Shown here: one piece after another, positions 26,650-36,545 of the stretch
Layout: the number at the start of each line of letters is the position of its first letter
Numbering within the stretch: position 1 is the first letter of the stretch
Origin: Candidatus Nanopelagicales bacterium
GTDB taxonomy: Bacteria > Actinomycetota > Actinomycetes > S36-B12
Length of the DNA: 64,000 bases
Assembly: GCA_021741645.1 (NCBI GenBank)
Contig: JAIOXK010000001.1
Coordinates: 27,656-91,655, forward strand
Reading direction: 5' to 3'
Position numbers and translations under genes: made by a program
Notes under the pieces: generated by a model
Seen by the model: the letters and a program-made list of their open reading frames with translations, nothing else
Told to the model about the DNA's origin: nothing
Databases searched by the model: none

Positions 26650-29600
26650 TCAGGTCGAGGGCGCTAGCCACAACTGGACGGGAATCTCGGACTCGACGGG
26701 GATGGCATTCGCAGGGCCGACTCCCTCGGTGAACGTCACGGCCAGCACCTCGGCGGCGACATCGTCGGCGTGCTCGGCGACAGCCTCATGCATGGCGGGA
26801 TCATCGGCTGCCCACCAGACATGGATGCGATCGCTGATGTCCAGCCCCGCTGACTTGCGGCCCTCCTGAAGGGTGCGGATGACCTCGCGGGCGCTGCCGG
26901 CGCGCAGGAGCGCGTCGTCCAGATGCAGGTCCAGGGCCAGGCTCTCACCGCCCTCGGAGACCACGGCCCATCCCTCCTGGGGCGTCTCGGTGACGATGAT
27001 GTCTGCATCAGTGATCTCCACCTCGCCCAGTTCGGGGACATCGATGGCGGCTGTTCCGCTGGCACGGATCCTTTCGACGAGCGTTGCCGGCTCCGACGCT
27101 GCGATTGCCTGGGCGATCAGGGGAGTCTGCTTGGCGTATCGGCTCCCGAGGGAGCGGAAGTTGGCCTTCACCGAGATGTCCACGAGTCCGGACGCACCCT
27201 CGGCCAGCGATTCGAGCGACTGCACGTTGAGTTCCTCGGCCACCTGCTGGCGCAGTGGCTCTGGCAGGGATGGCCAGCCTTGGGCCGACACCAGTGCACG
27301 GGCGAGGGGCTGCCTCGTGCGCACCGAGGAGGTGGCTCGTGCGGCGCGCCCGAGTTCGACCAGGCGGCGCACGAGGGCCATCTGCTCGCTCAGCTCAACG
27401 TCGATGATCTCGGCATCCCAGGTCGGCCAGGCGGCCAGGTGGACGGAGATCGGGGCCTGCGCGTCGGTCGGTCGGAAGAGGTCCTGCCACACGCGTTCGG
27501 TGATGAAGGGAGTGAAGGGAGCCAGACACAGGGTCACGGTGCGCAGCGCCTCATGCAAGGTCGCCAGGGCTGCCGGATCACCATCCCAGAAGCGGCGTCG
27601 CGAACGGCGCACGTACCAGTTCGAGAGGTCGTCGATGAAGGTCGACAGCAGGCGCCCCGCGCGCTGGGTGTCGAACGCCTCGAGGGCCAGGTCAACCTCA
27701 TGCGCCATCTGTGCTGCCTCGGACAGGACCCATCGATCGATGATCGGCCGGTCCGCCGGGGCGGGGGCCTCCTGAGAGGGCTCCCACTGCGCCGTGCGGG
27801 CGTAGAGAGACTGGAAGGACACGGTGTTCCAGTAGGTGAGCAAGGTCTTGCGAACGACGTCGGCAATGGCCGTGTGCCCGACGCGGCGCGCTTGCCACGG
27901 CGATCCGGAGGCGAGCATGAACCACCGCAGCGCGTCAGCGCCGTGCTCGTCCATCAGGGGAATCGGCGCGAGGATGTTGCCCAGGTGCTTGCTCATCTTG
28001 CGGCCGTCCTCGTCGAGGATGTGGCCGAGGCAGACGACGTTCTTGTAGGACGACCTGTCGAACACCAGGGTGTTGACGGCCATCAGCGTGTAGAACCAGC
28101 CACGCGTCTGGTCGATGGCCTCGCAGATGAAGTCCGCCGGGAACTGCTTCTCGAACTCGTCGACATTCTTGTGCGGATAGCCGAGTGCGGCGAACGGCAT
28201 CGACCCTGAGTCATACCAGCCGTCGATGACCTCGGGAACGCGCCTCGCTTCAGCCCCGCAGGTAGGGCAGGGGATGACGATGTCGTCGACATAGGGGCGA
28301 TGCGGGTCGGTTTCGGTGACGTCGTGACCGGCCAGTTCGCTGAGCTCGGCGAGCGAACCGACCGCGACCAGGTGATCCTCAGCGCATCGCCAGATCGGCA
28401 GGGGCGTGCCCCAGTAGCGATTGCGTGACAGGGCCCAGTCGATGTTGTTGGTGAGCCAGTCGCCGTAACGACCCCACTTGATGGTGTCGGGAAACCAGTT
28501 GGTCTGCTCGTTCTGCTCGAGCAGCTCGGCTTTGCGCTCCGTGGTCCGGATGTACCACGAGGGCTGCGCGTAGTAGATCAATGGCGTGTGGCATCGCCAG
28601 CAATGGGGATATGCATGCTCATACGCGACATGGCGATACATGAGGCCGCGCTGCTCGAGGTCCGCGCTGAGTGTCTCGTCGGCCTTCTTGAAGAACATGC
28701 CCCCCACGACCGCCACGTCGTCCGTGAAGTGACCATCGGGCCGAATCGGGTTGACGACCGGCAGTCCGTACTTTCGGCACGTCGCGAGGTCGTCAGCGCC
28801 GAAGGCCGGAGCCTGATGGACGAGACCGGTTCCGTCGTCGGTCGTGACGTAGTCGGCCAGGAGGACGAAGTGCGCGTCGGGGATCTCGACGAAGTCGAAG
28901 GGCCGCACGTAGCCGACCCGCTCGAGATCGGTCCCGGGGAAGGTCTCGACGACGACGGCATCCTCGCCGAAGACCGATTCGACGAGCTCCTGCGCCACCA
29001 CCAGCAGTTCATCATCGTTGGTGCGAACGACGGCGTAGGTGGCATCCGGGCGCACGGCAACCGCGGTGTTGGACACCAAGGTCCACGGCGTCGTGGTCCA
29101 CACCAGCAGCGAGACTCCGGGGTGGCGTTGCGCGAGAGGCGCATCGTCGCGAACGGGGAACCGCACGTACACGGACGGGTCGACGACGGTTTCGTACCCC
29201 TGGGCCAGCTCGTGATCGGAGAGTCCGGTGCCGCAGCGCGGACAGTAGGGGGCGACGCGGTGGTCCTGCGCGAGCAGGCCCTTGTCGAAGATCTGCTTGA
29301 GGGACCACCAGACGCTCTGGACGTAGTCCTTGTCCATGGTCCAGTAGGCCCGGTCCATGTCGACCCAGTAGCCCATTCGGCGGGTCATGTCGGAGAACTC
29401 CCCGACGTGACGCAGGACTGACTCGCGGCACCGGGCATTGAACTCCGCGACCCCGTACTTCTCGATGTCCTGCTTGCCGGTGAAGCCGAGCTCCTTCTCC
29501 ACGGCGAGCTCCACGGGCAGGCCGTGGCAGTCCCAGCCTGCTTGCCGCGGAACGTAGTACCCCTTCATGGTGCGATAGCGGGGGAATACGTCCTTGAACA

Positions 29601-29787
29601 CCCGCGCCTCGACGTGATGCGTGCCCGGTGTGCCATTGGCGGTGGGTGGTCCCTCGTAGAAGACCCACAGTGGGCGGCCCTCCGCCTGTGCGACCGAGGC
29701 CTCGAACACCTGCTCGGAGTCCCAGAGGTCGAGTACCTGGTGCTCGAGTGCAGGAAGATCGACCTGCGCAGGCACAGCCCGGTACAT
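26650..29787 (-). CDS. ileS: isoleucine--tRNA ligase
   Basis: 1045 aa with HIGH-like PPTANGTPGTHHV, KMSKHLGN and Zn-binding CPRCGT/CWRCHTP motifs. GAAGGAGAA lies 5 nt upstream of ATG 29787, and an in-frame TGA lies 28 codons upstream. Confidence 0.97.
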   Translation of the reverse strand: MYRAVPAQVDLPALEHQVLDLWDSEQVFEASVAQAEGRPLWVFYEGPPTANGTPGTHHVEARVFKDVFPRYRTMKGYYVPRQAGWDCHGLPVELAVEKELGFTGKQDIEKYGVAEFNARCRESVLRHVGEFSDMTRRMGYWVDMDRAYWTMDKDYVQSVWWSLKQIFDKGLLAQDHRVAPYCPRCGTGLSDHELAQGYETVVDPSVYVRFPVRDDAPLAQRHPGVSLLVWTTTPWTLVSNTAVAVRPDATYAVVRTNDDELLVVAQELVESVFGEDAVVVETFPGTDLERVGYVRPFDFVEIPDAHFVLLADYVTTDDGTGLVHQAPAFGADDLATCRKYGLPVVNPIRPDGHFTDDVAVVGGMFFKKADETLSADLEQRGLMYRHVAYEHAYPHCWRCHTPLIYYAQPSWYIRTTERKAELLEQNEQTNWFPDTIKWGRYGDWLTNNIDWALSRNRYWGTPLPIWRCAEDHLVAVGSLAELSELAGHDVTETDPHRPYVDDIVIPCPTCGAEARRVPEVIDGWYDSGSMPFAALGYPHKNVDEFEKQFPADFICEAIDQTRGWFYTLMAVNTLVFDRSSYKNVVCLGHILDEDGRKMSKHLGNILAPIPLMDEHGADALRWFMLASGSPWQARRVGHTAIADVVRKTLLTYWNTVSFQSLYARTAQWEPSQEAPAPADRPIIDRWVLSEAAQMAHEVDLALEAFDTQRAGRLLSTFIDDLSNWYVRRSRRRFWDGDPAALATLHEALRTVTLCLAPFTPFITERVWQDLFRPTDAQAPISVHLAAWPTWDAEIIDVELSEQMALVRRLVELGRAARATSSVRTRQPLARALVSAQGWPSLPEPLRQQVAEELNVQSLESLAEGASGLVDISVKANFRSLGSRYAKQTPLIAQAIAASEPATLVERIRASGTAAIDVPELGEVEITDADIIVTETPQEGWAVVSEGGESLALDLHLDDALLRAGSAREVIRTLQEGRKSAGLDISDRIHVWWAADDPAMHEAVAEHADDVAAEVLAVTFTEGVGPANAIPVESEIPVQLWLAPST

Positions 29788-30105
29788 GGGTTCTCCTTCG
29801 TAGTCGTCGTAGTCGTCGTAGTCGTCGTCGAAGTCGTGCTCGTGAACGGCTGGCAGGGGTGAACTCGGCCATCAGAGTGGTTCGGCCCGTCAGGATATCG
29901 GCGCGGCACCGTGTGCGATCGGGTGCATGGCCCTAGCATCGTGCGGATACCGCAGGGGTCGGTGTCGATCCGGCCCCCCGTGGTGCGACCAGCCTCGTGG
30001 CGGAGCATCGCCATGAGGGGATGTGTGGCGAGACGAAATGCTCGTGTGAGGCATTCTCACGGGAACGGCTCCCACGAACTGAACTCGTGAGGGACAGGGG
30101 ACGGC
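29788..30105 (-). promoter_or_regulatory. ileS 5' leader / divergent promoter region; T-box riboswitch candidate, not confirmed
   Basis: 318-bp non-coding region upstream of ileS. Actinobacterial ileS genes commonly carry T-box leaders. AUC triplets are present, but I could not find a clean T-box core (UGGUACCGCG) by eye. Confidence 0.3.
29801..29827. repeat. perfect 9-bp tandem repeat x3 (TAGTCGTCG; GACGACUAC x3 in the ileS mRNA sense)
   Basis: Units at 29801-09, 29810-18 and 29819-27, ending about 5 nt upstream of the ileS Shine-Dalgarno complement. Confidence 0.9.
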
Positions 30106-30840
30106 ATGGCCAAGGCCACCGCGAAGAAGGCGCCTGCCAAGAAGGTCGCCAAGAAGGCGCCCGCGAAGAAGGCGCCCGCGAAGAAGGTCGCCAAGAAGGC
30201 GCCAGCGAAGAAGGCGCCAGCCAAGAAGGCGCCCGCGAAGAAGGTCGCCAAGAAGGCGCCCGTGAAGAAGGCGCCGGCGAAGAAGGCGCCCGCGAAGAAG
30301 GCGCCCGTGAAGAAGGCGCCCGTGAAGAAGGCACCTGTCAAGAAGGCACCTGTCAAGAAGGCGCCGGTCAAGAAGGCACCCGTGAAGAAGGCGCCGGCGA
30401 AGAAGCCCGTCAAGAAGACCGCCGTGAAACTGCCTTCCAAGCGCAAGATCATGCCGGTTCGCGAGGATGAGTCGCCGTGGACAGCCAAGGAGATGCGGCA
30501 GGTTCGTGGCCAGCTCAATGAGGAGCTGGAGCGCCTTCAGGCTGAGCTTGTCACCGCCGAGGAGGGGCTGGCGGATCTCATCCGCGATTCCGGCGACGGT
30601 GCGGGTGACGACCAGGCCGATGCCGGAAGCAAGACCTTCGAGCGCGAGCACGAGATGTCCCTGGCGAACAACGCGCGGAGCATGGTCGAGCAGGTCGAGC
30701 ATGCCTTGCAGCGCATTGACCAGCGCACGTACGGCATCTGCGAGTCCTGCGGTAACCCGATCGGCAAGTTCCGACTCCAGGCCTTCCCGCGAGCGACGCT
30801 GTGCATGGCGTGCAAGCAGGCAGAGGAGCGCTTCCTGTAG
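30106..30840 (+). CDS. TraR/DksA-family C4 zinc-finger protein with N-terminal histone-H1-like (AKKAP)n lysine repeat domain
   Basis: 244 aa. About 100 N-terminal residues are [10 protein letters not shown] pentapeptide repeats. These are followed by a DksA-like coiled-coil ([22 protein letters not shown]) and [25 protein letters not shown] (CxxC-N17-CxxC). Confidence 0.8.
   Translation: MAKATAKKAPAKKVAKKAPAKKAPAKKVAKKAPAKKAPAKKAPAKKVAKKAPVKKAPAKKAPAKKAPVKKAPVKKAPVKKAPVKKAPVKKAPVKKAPAKKPVKKTAVKLPSKRKIMPVREDESPWTAKEMRQVRGQLNEELERLQAELVTAEEGLADLIRDSGDGAGDDQADAGSKTFEREHEMSLANNARSMVEQVEHALQRIDQRTYGICESCGNPIGKFRLQAFPRATLCMACKQAEERFL
30118..30417 (+). repeat. 15-bp-period coding repeat encoding (A/V)KKAP pentapeptides
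   Basis: About 20 consecutive GCGAAGAAGGCGCCN-type units inside CDS 30106..30840. Confidence 0.9.
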
Positions 30841-30844
30841 GTCG

Positions 30845-30877
30845 CGGGCCTATACGGCCCGGGCTGTCGTGCCCGGG
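30845..30877 (+). terminator. overlapping GC hairpins after the DksA-like gene
   Basis: CGGGCC-tatac-GGCCCG (30845-30861) and CCCGGGC-tgtcgt-GCCCGGG (30858-30877). There is no T-tract. Confidence 0.35.
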
Positions 30878-30942
30878 AGGCCTGTTCGGAAGTAGTGCCT
30901 CGGCCGTCGTCCTCCGGGGGTGAGGGCGTCGCGCCATAGGGT

Positions 30943-31494
30943 GTGCGGGTGACCGATCCCGAGATCGTGGAGGCGCCCACGGGCGTTGACCCCGCGCGCC
31001 GGCGTTCGTGCCTGCTCGTGCTGGGCAGTGTTGCGGTGGGTGCGGTCATCCTCGATCAGCTGGTCAAGTGGTGGGTGGTCTCGACGATCCAGCCGAGAAT
31101 CGAGTCGGGCGAGGGGCCGATCGTCCTCCTTGGCGGTCTGCTGAAGTTCACCTACGTGGAGAACACCGGAGCCGCATTCTCCATTGGAGTCGGCTACACA
31201 TGGATCTTCACGATCATCGCCGTCATCGTGGCGATCGTGATCCTGCGCACGTCCCGTCGCCTCGGCAGCATGTGGTGGGCAGTGGCGCTCGGGGCACTTC
31301 TCGGTGGACTGCTGGGCAATCTCGTCGATCGTCTGTCCCGTCCTCCCGGTCCCGGCCTGGGATACGTGGTGGACTTCATCCAACTTCCGTACTTCGCCGT
31401 TTTCAATGTCGCAGACATGTTCATCACCTGCTCAGCGGTCGGCATGGTCCTGCTCGCCCTGCGCGGAATCGAGATCAGCGGGCGACGCTCGTGA
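30943..31494 (+). CDS. lspA: lipoprotein signal peptidase II
   Basis: 183 aa with [12 protein letters not shown] and [20 protein letters not shown] motifs and four TM segments. Confidence 0.9.
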   Translation: MRVTDPEIVEAPTGVDPARRRSCLLVLGSVAVGAVILDQLVKWWVVSTIQPRIESGEGPIVLLGGLLKFTYVENTGAAFSIGVGYTWIFTIIAVIVAIVILRTSRRLGSMWWAVALGALLGGLLGNLVDRLSRPPGPGLGYVVDFIQLPYFAVFNVADMFITCSAVGMVLLALRGIEISGRRS

Positions 31495-32417
31495 CGCAGC
31501 GGAGCCTGCCGGTTCCCGACGGTCTCGTCGGCGAGCGACTCGATGTCGCGCTCACGCGCATGCTCGGCCTCTCGCGATCGCGCGCGGCGGACCTCATCGA
31601 GAAGGGCGCGGTGCTCGTCAATGGGACGGTTGCCTCGAAATCCGATCGCCTGCTGGAAGGCGCCATCGTCGATATCGACCTGAGCGAGCCGGATGCGGGA
31701 CCAGCCGTGATCGCCGAGCCCGTCCCCGGCATGCAAGTGCTGTACGACGACGCGGACGTGGTGGTGATCGACAAGCCCGTCGGGGTGGCAGCACACCCGA
31801 GTCCGGGCTGGTCCGGCCCCACCGTCGTCGGGGGCCTTGCCGCCGCTGGCTACCGGATCAGCTCCGATGGCGCCGCCGAACGGCAGGGGATCGTCCATCG
31901 GCTCGATGTGGGCACCTCGGGCGTCATGGTCGTCGCCAAGAGCGAGCGCGCCTACTCGAGCCTGAAGCGGCAGTTCAAGGAGCGAACGGTCGACAAGGTC
32001 TATCACTCGGTCGTTCAAGGGCACTGCGATCCCCTCAGCGGCACCATCGATGCGCCGGTGGGGCGCCACCCGCAGCATGACTACAAGTGGGCCGTGGTCC
32101 GCGACGGCAAGCCGTCGGTGACGCACTACGACACCCTGGAGGCCTTTCCGCACGCCTCCCTGCTGGAGATCCACCTCGAAACCGGACGCACCCACCAGAT
32201 CAGGGTGCACATGTCAGCCCTGCGCCACCCCTGTGCAGGAGACCTGACCTATGGGGCAGATCCCGAACTGGCGAGGCGTCTGGGACTCACGAGGCAGTGG
32301 TTGCATGCGCGCAGCCTGACCTTCGAGCACCCCGGCTCAGGGGAGCGGATGACCTTCACCAGTGAGTACCCCGAGGACCTCCGAAACGCCCTGGAACGGC
32401 TCCGCTCGGGAGTCTGA
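31491..32417 (+). CDS. rluD: RluA-family 23S rRNA pseudouridine synthase (RluD-like)
   Basis: ORF 31008..32417 trimmed to GTG 31491 (GTGA overlap with lspA). It has an S4 domain ([21 protein letters not shown]), the catalytic [15 protein letters not shown] and GRTHQIRVH. Confidence 0.9.
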   Translation: MTQRSLPVPDGLVGERLDVALTRMLGLSRSRAADLIEKGAVLVNGTVASKSDRLLEGAIVDIDLSEPDAGPAVIAEPVPGMQVLYDDADVVVIDKPVGVAAHPSPGWSGPTVVGGLAAAGYRISSDGAAERQGIVHRLDVGTSGVMVVAKSERAYSSLKRQFKERTVDKVYHSVVQGHCDPLSGTIDAPVGRHPQHDYKWAVVRDGKPSVTHYDTLEAFPHASLLEIHLETGRTHQIRVHMSALRHPCAGDLTYGADPELARRLGLTRQWLHARSLTFEHPGSGERMTFTSEYPEDLRNALERLRSGV

Positions 32418-32438
32418 CGGCGTCGTTAGGGTGGGGGC

Positions 32439-35400
32439 ATGCCCCCGTCCAAGGATTCCCGCTCCTCGTCGAGCGCGCCCTCGGACTTCGTTCACCTGCA
32501 TGTCCACACCGAGTACTCGATGCTCGACGGGGCGGCTCGGCTAGGAGACCTCTTCGACGAGGTGGAGCGACTCGGCATGCCGGCGGTGGCCATGACCGAC
32601 CACGGCAACCTCTACGGGGCATATGACTTCTACAAGGGGGCCCGCGCGCGGGGTCTGAATCCGATCATCGGGCTGGAGGGCTACTACGCCCCCCAAGGGC
32701 GGTTCGAGCGGCGCCCGTTCGACTTCGGTGGTGGGTTCGACGAGGCGACTCCCGATGACTCAAGCGCCGGTCGTGGCAAGCAGAGCTACACCCACATGAC
32801 GCTGTGGGCGGAGAACACGCCAGGCATGCACAACCTGTTCCGACTCTCGTCGCTGGCGAGTCTCGAGGGCTACTACTTCAAGCCGCGCTTCGACCGCGAA
32901 CTCCTAGAGCGCCACGGATCGGGACTCATCGGCACGACAGGCTGTCCCAGCGGCGAGGTCAATCGCTGGCTGCAGGCAGGAAAATACGATCGCGCCCTGG
33001 CCGCTGCCGCGGACTTCCGAGACATCCTGGGCAAGGACAACTATTTCGTCGAGGTCATGGATCACGGTCTGGCCATTGAGCGACGATTCCGCGAGGATCT
33101 CCTGCGGATTGCGAAGGAGCTGTCGCTGCCGCTCATCGCCACCAACGATCTGCACTACGTCCACGCCTCGGATGCGGACACCCATGACGTACTGCTGTGC
33201 ATCGGAACACGCACGACGATGGATGATCCCAAGCGCTTCCGATTCGACGCTCGGGATTTCTATGTCAAGAGCGCCCAGGAGATGCGACGTGTCTGGTCCG
33301 AGCTGCCGGAGGCGTGTGACAACACGTTGCTCATCGCCGAGCGGTGCCACGTGGAGTTCGCCGAGGGCGCCAATCTCATGCCGCAGTTCCCGGTCCCGGA
33401 GGGGGAGTCCGAGGAGTCATGGCTGGTCAAGGAGGTGGAGCGCGGTCTTCAGCTCCGCTACAAGGGCGCCGTCCCTGACGATGTGCGACGGCAGGCGGAG
33501 TACGAGGTCGGCGTCATCATCCAGATGGGCTTCCCCGGCTACTTCCTGGTCACGGCCGACCTCGTCCGGCATGCCAAGGAGAGCGGCATCAGAGTGGGTC
33601 CCGGGCGGGGTTCCGCGGCCGGCGCGATGATCGCGTACGCGCTCGGCATCACCGAACTCGATCCCATGAAGCACGGATTGCTGTTCGAACGGTTCCTGAA
33701 CCCCGAGCGCATCTCCATGCCCGATATCGACATGGACTTCGATGAGCGCCGTCGCGGGGACATGATCCGTTACGCGACCGAGAAGTACGGCGAGGAGCGC
33801 GTCGCGCAGATCGTCACCTATGGGTCGATCAAGGCGAAGGCTGCCGTCAAGGACAGCGCGCGTGTGCTCGGCCACCCCTACGCTCTGGGCGATCGAATCA
33901 CGAAGGCCATGCCGCCGTCGGTGATGGGCAAGGACATCAGCCTCGCCGGTGCCTTCGACCCCAAGAACGCGCGCTATGGCGAGGCGGCGGAGTTCCGGGC
34001 GCTGTACGAGGCCGACCCTGAGGTGCGCCAGGTGGTCGACACGGCCAAGGGTCTTGAGGGCTTGAAGCGGCAGCCGGGTGTCCATGCGGCAGGGGTCATC
34101 CTCTGCCGAGAGCCGCTGCTCGATGTCATTCCCGTCTGGCGGCGCGAGCAGGACGGTTCGGTGATCACGCAGTTCGACATGGGTGCCTGTGAGTCCCTGG
34201 GCCTGCTGAAGATGGACTTCCTGGGCCTGCGGAACCTGACGGTGCTGGACGACTGCCTTCGATACATCGAGGAGAACAGGGGCACGACGCTCGTCCTCGA
34301 GGAGCTCGACCTCACCGATCGACCCACCTACGATCTGCTGTCCCGCGGAGACACCCTCGGCGTCTTCCAACTCGATGGCGGGCCCATGCGGGCGCTTCTG
34401 CGATCGATGCAGCCCGACAACTTCGAGGACATCTCGGCCGTCCTTGCGCTCTATCGGCCGGGCCCGATGGGCGCGAATGCGCACAACGACTACGCCGATC
34501 GCAAGAACGGACGCAAGCCGGTGGTCCCGATCCACCCGGAACTCGCCGAGCCGCTGGCGGACATCCTGGGCGACACCTACGGGCTCATCGTCTACCAGGA
34601 GCAGGTCATGGCGATCGCCCAGAAGCTTGCGGGCTACTCCCTGGGCGCCGCCGACCTGCTCCGTCGTGCGATGGGCAAGAAGAAGAAGGAGATCCTCGAC
34701 AAGGAGTACGTGCCCTTCAGCGAGGGCATGAAGGCGAACGGCTACTCGGACGACGCCATCCGCACGCTCTGGGAGATCCTCGTTCCGTTCTCCGACTACG
34801 CCTTCAACAAGGCGCATACGGCTGGCTACGGACTGGTGTCCTACTGGACGGCCTATCTCAAGGCCAACTACCCGGCGGAGTACATGGCCGGGCTGCTCAC
34901 GAGCGTCAAGGACGACAAGGACAAGTCCGCCGTCTACCTGAACGAGTGTCGACGAATGGGCATCAAGGTGCTCCCGCCGGACGTCAACGACTCCGACTCG
35001 GACTTCACTCCGCGTGGCAGTGATATTCGCTTCGGGCTGTCCGCCATCCGCAATGTGGGTGGCAATGTCGTCGATTCGGTGATCGCCACGCGTCGTTCCA
35101 TCGGCCGGTTCGCCGACTTCCATGACTTCATCGCCAAGGTGGACGCCTCGGTGTGCAACAAGCGCGTGATCGAGTCATTGATCAAGGCGGGTGCCTTCGA
35201 CTCCCTCGGGCACACTCGCAAGGGCCTGTCGCACGTGCACGAGCAGGTGGTGGATGCCGCCGTGGACATCAAGCGAGCCGAGTCCCATGGGCAGTTCGAT
35301 CTCTTCGGCGGACTGGAGGCCGAGGGGGAGGGCGCGATCCTGCCGCGCGACGAAGTCCCGTTGGGGGAGTGGGAGAAGTCGACACTGCTGGCGCATGAGC

Positions 35401-36005
35401 GGGAGATGCTCGGTCTCTATGTGTCCGATCATCCTCTGCACGGCGCCGAGCATCTGCTTGCTCAGCACACCGATCGGACCATCGCCGCGGTGCTGATGGA
35501 CGATCGAAGTGATGGCGGGATCGTCACGATCGGCGGTTTGGTCACGGCTGTTCAGCGCAAGACCACCAAGCAGGGGTCGCCTTGGGCGATCGTCACGGTG
35601 GAGGACCTCGAGGGGTCCGTCGACGTGATGGTGTTCCCGCAGTCGTACGCATCCGTGGGCACGATGCTGGTGGATGACGCCGTCATCATCGTGCGGGCCC
35701 GCGTTGACCGCAGCGACGACGACGGTGTCCGAGTGATCGCGATGGAGGTGACTCAGCCGGATCTCAGCGAGGCGGGTTCTGGCCCGGTGCGCCTTTCCAT
35801 GGCGGCGGCTCGGTGCATCCCTCCGCTCGTCGAGCGCCTCAAGGAGGTGCTGGCAGCCCATCCGGGAACGACGGAGGTGCATCTGCACCTGACCGGAGGG
35901 GCCAAGACCTCCGTGCTGCGTCTCGATGATCGATTCCGGGTCACGCCGAGTCCCTCCCTCTACGGTGACCTCAAGGCCCTGCTGGGGCCCACCTGTCTTG
36001 GATGA
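32439..36005 (+). CDS. dnaE: DNA polymerase III subunit alpha (DnaE1)
   Basis: 1188 aa with the PHP domain FVHLHVHTEYSMLDGA, MPDIDMDFD, GLLKMDFLGLRNLT and an OB-fold region. Confidence 0.97.
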   Translation: MPPSKDSRSSSSAPSDFVHLHVHTEYSMLDGAARLGDLFDEVERLGMPAVAMTDHGNLYGAYDFYKGARARGLNPIIGLEGYYAPQGRFERRPFDFGGGFDEATPDDSSAGRGKQSYTHMTLWAENTPGMHNLFRLSSLASLEGYYFKPRFDRELLERHGSGLIGTTGCPSGEVNRWLQAGKYDRALAAAADFRDILGKDNYFVEVMDHGLAIERRFREDLLRIAKELSLPLIATNDLHYVHASDADTHDVLLCIGTRTTMDDPKRFRFDARDFYVKSAQEMRRVWSELPEACDNTLLIAERCHVEFAEGANLMPQFPVPEGESEESWLVKEVERGLQLRYKGAVPDDVRRQAEYEVGVIIQMGFPGYFLVTADLVRHAKESGIRVGPGRGSAAGAMIAYALGITELDPMKHGLLFERFLNPERISMPDIDMDFDERRRGDMIRYATEKYGEERVAQIVTYGSIKAKAAVKDSARVLGHPYALGDRITKAMPPSVMGKDISLAGAFDPKNARYGEAAEFRALYEADPEVRQVVDTAKGLEGLKRQPGVHAAGVILCREPLLDVIPVWRREQDGSVITQFDMGACESLGLLKMDFLGLRNLTVLDDCLRYIEENRGTTLVLEELDLTDRPTYDLLSRGDTLGVFQLDGGPMRALLRSMQPDNFEDISAVLALYRPGPMGANAHNDYADRKNGRKPVVPIHPELAEPLADILGDTYGLIVYQEQVMAIAQKLAGYSLGAADLLRRAMGKKKKEILDKEYVPFSEGMKANGYSDDAIRTLWEILVPFSDYAFNKAHTAGYGLVSYWTAYLKANYPAEYMAGLLTSVKDDKDKSAVYLNECRRMGIKVLPPDVNDSDSDFTPRGSDIRFGLSAIRNVGGNVVDSVIATRRSIGRFADFHDFIAKVDASVCNKRVIESLIKAGAFDSLGHTRKGLSHVHEQVVDAAVDIKRAESHGQFDLFGGLEAEGEGAILPRDEVPLGEWEKSTLLAHEREMLGLYVSDHPLHGAEHLLAQHTDRTIAAVLMDDRSDGGIVTIGGLVTAVQRKTTKQGSPWAIVTVEDLEGSVDVMVFPQSYASVGTMLVDDAVIIVRARVDRSDDDGVRVIAMEVTQPDLSEAGSGPVRLSMAAARCIPPLVERLKEVLAAHPGTTEVHLHLTGGAKTSVLRLDDRFRVTPSPSLYGDLKALLGPTCLG

Positions 36006-36014
36006 GAGGGACTG

Positions 36015-36545
36015 ATGCGGACTGAACGCCGAGCACTCGCCGTGCTGGTCGCGGGATTCATCGTGGGCCTCGTGAGCGGAGCTGCACTCGGCGTGGTGTG
36101 GGCGGCATTGGCTCCCCGGGTGCCGGTGATCATTCGTCAGGACGTCAGCATCCCGCAGGGGTTCCAGCCCGAGGAGTATCTGGCCTCGGACATCGCTTTC
36201 GGCGTGCTGGGTCTCATCGCCGGAGTACTGGTCACCATCGGGCTGGCCTACATGCGCAGGGAGCACCTGCTGTCGGTTCTCCTCGGCTCCCTGCTGGCCG
36301 GCACGGTCGGAACGGCCGCCATGTGGTTCGTGGGCACGCGGCTCGGGTCCGTGGACATCGCGGGCCTGCAGGCGACCTTGACGGACGAAGTGGTGGTGGA
36401 TGGTCCGCTGGAGGTTCACCTGAGCGGGATGTTCCTCATGTGGGTGGTGGCCTCGGCCGCCGTCGTCACTCTGCTCGCGCTCTCGGACTGGATCGGCGAC
36501 CTCAGGTCTCGCGCCCGATCGGAGCGAACGTCGCCTTCGTCATAG
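36015..36545 (+). CDS. hypothetical integral membrane protein (about 4 TM)
   Basis: 176-aa ORF starting 10 nt after dnaE, with four hydrophobic segments. No family was recognised. Its 3' end overlaps the convergent ybaK by 44 nt. Confidence 0.55.
   Translation: MRTERRALAVLVAGFIVGLVSGAALGVVWAALAPRVPVIIRQDVSIPQGFQPEEYLASDIAFGVLGLIAGVLVTIGLAYMRREHLLSVLLGSLLAGTVGTAAMWFVGTRLGSVDIAGLQATLTDEVVVDGPLEVHLSGMFLMWVVASAAVVTLLALSDWIGDLRSRARSERTSPSS

Noticed and set aside
29902-29911. T-box core look-alike CGGUGCCGCG in the ileS leader
   Set aside because: It lacks the UGG that must pair with the tRNA 3' CCA, and I could not build a convincing antisequestrator or sequestrator around it by eye. It is kept only as a candidate needing cmsearch.
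29933-30518. Regular 15-bp periodicity examined as a possible CRISPR-like or satellite array; also minus-strand ORFs 29933..30334 and 30057..30518
   Set aside because: There are no unique spacers. The period is a multiple of 3 and in frame with a complete CDS encoding AKKAP repeats followed by a DksA zinc finger. The antisense ORFs are mirror images (FFAGAF and PSSRA repeats).
31008-31490. 5' extension of the rluD ORF (469-aa track entry)
   Set aside because: It overlaps lspA in another frame. RluD similarity (S4 domain) starts at GTG 31491, which forms a GTGA overlap with the lspA stop.
33417-35123. 568-aa minus-strand ORF
   Set aside because: It is antisense to dnaE and is a shadow ORF.
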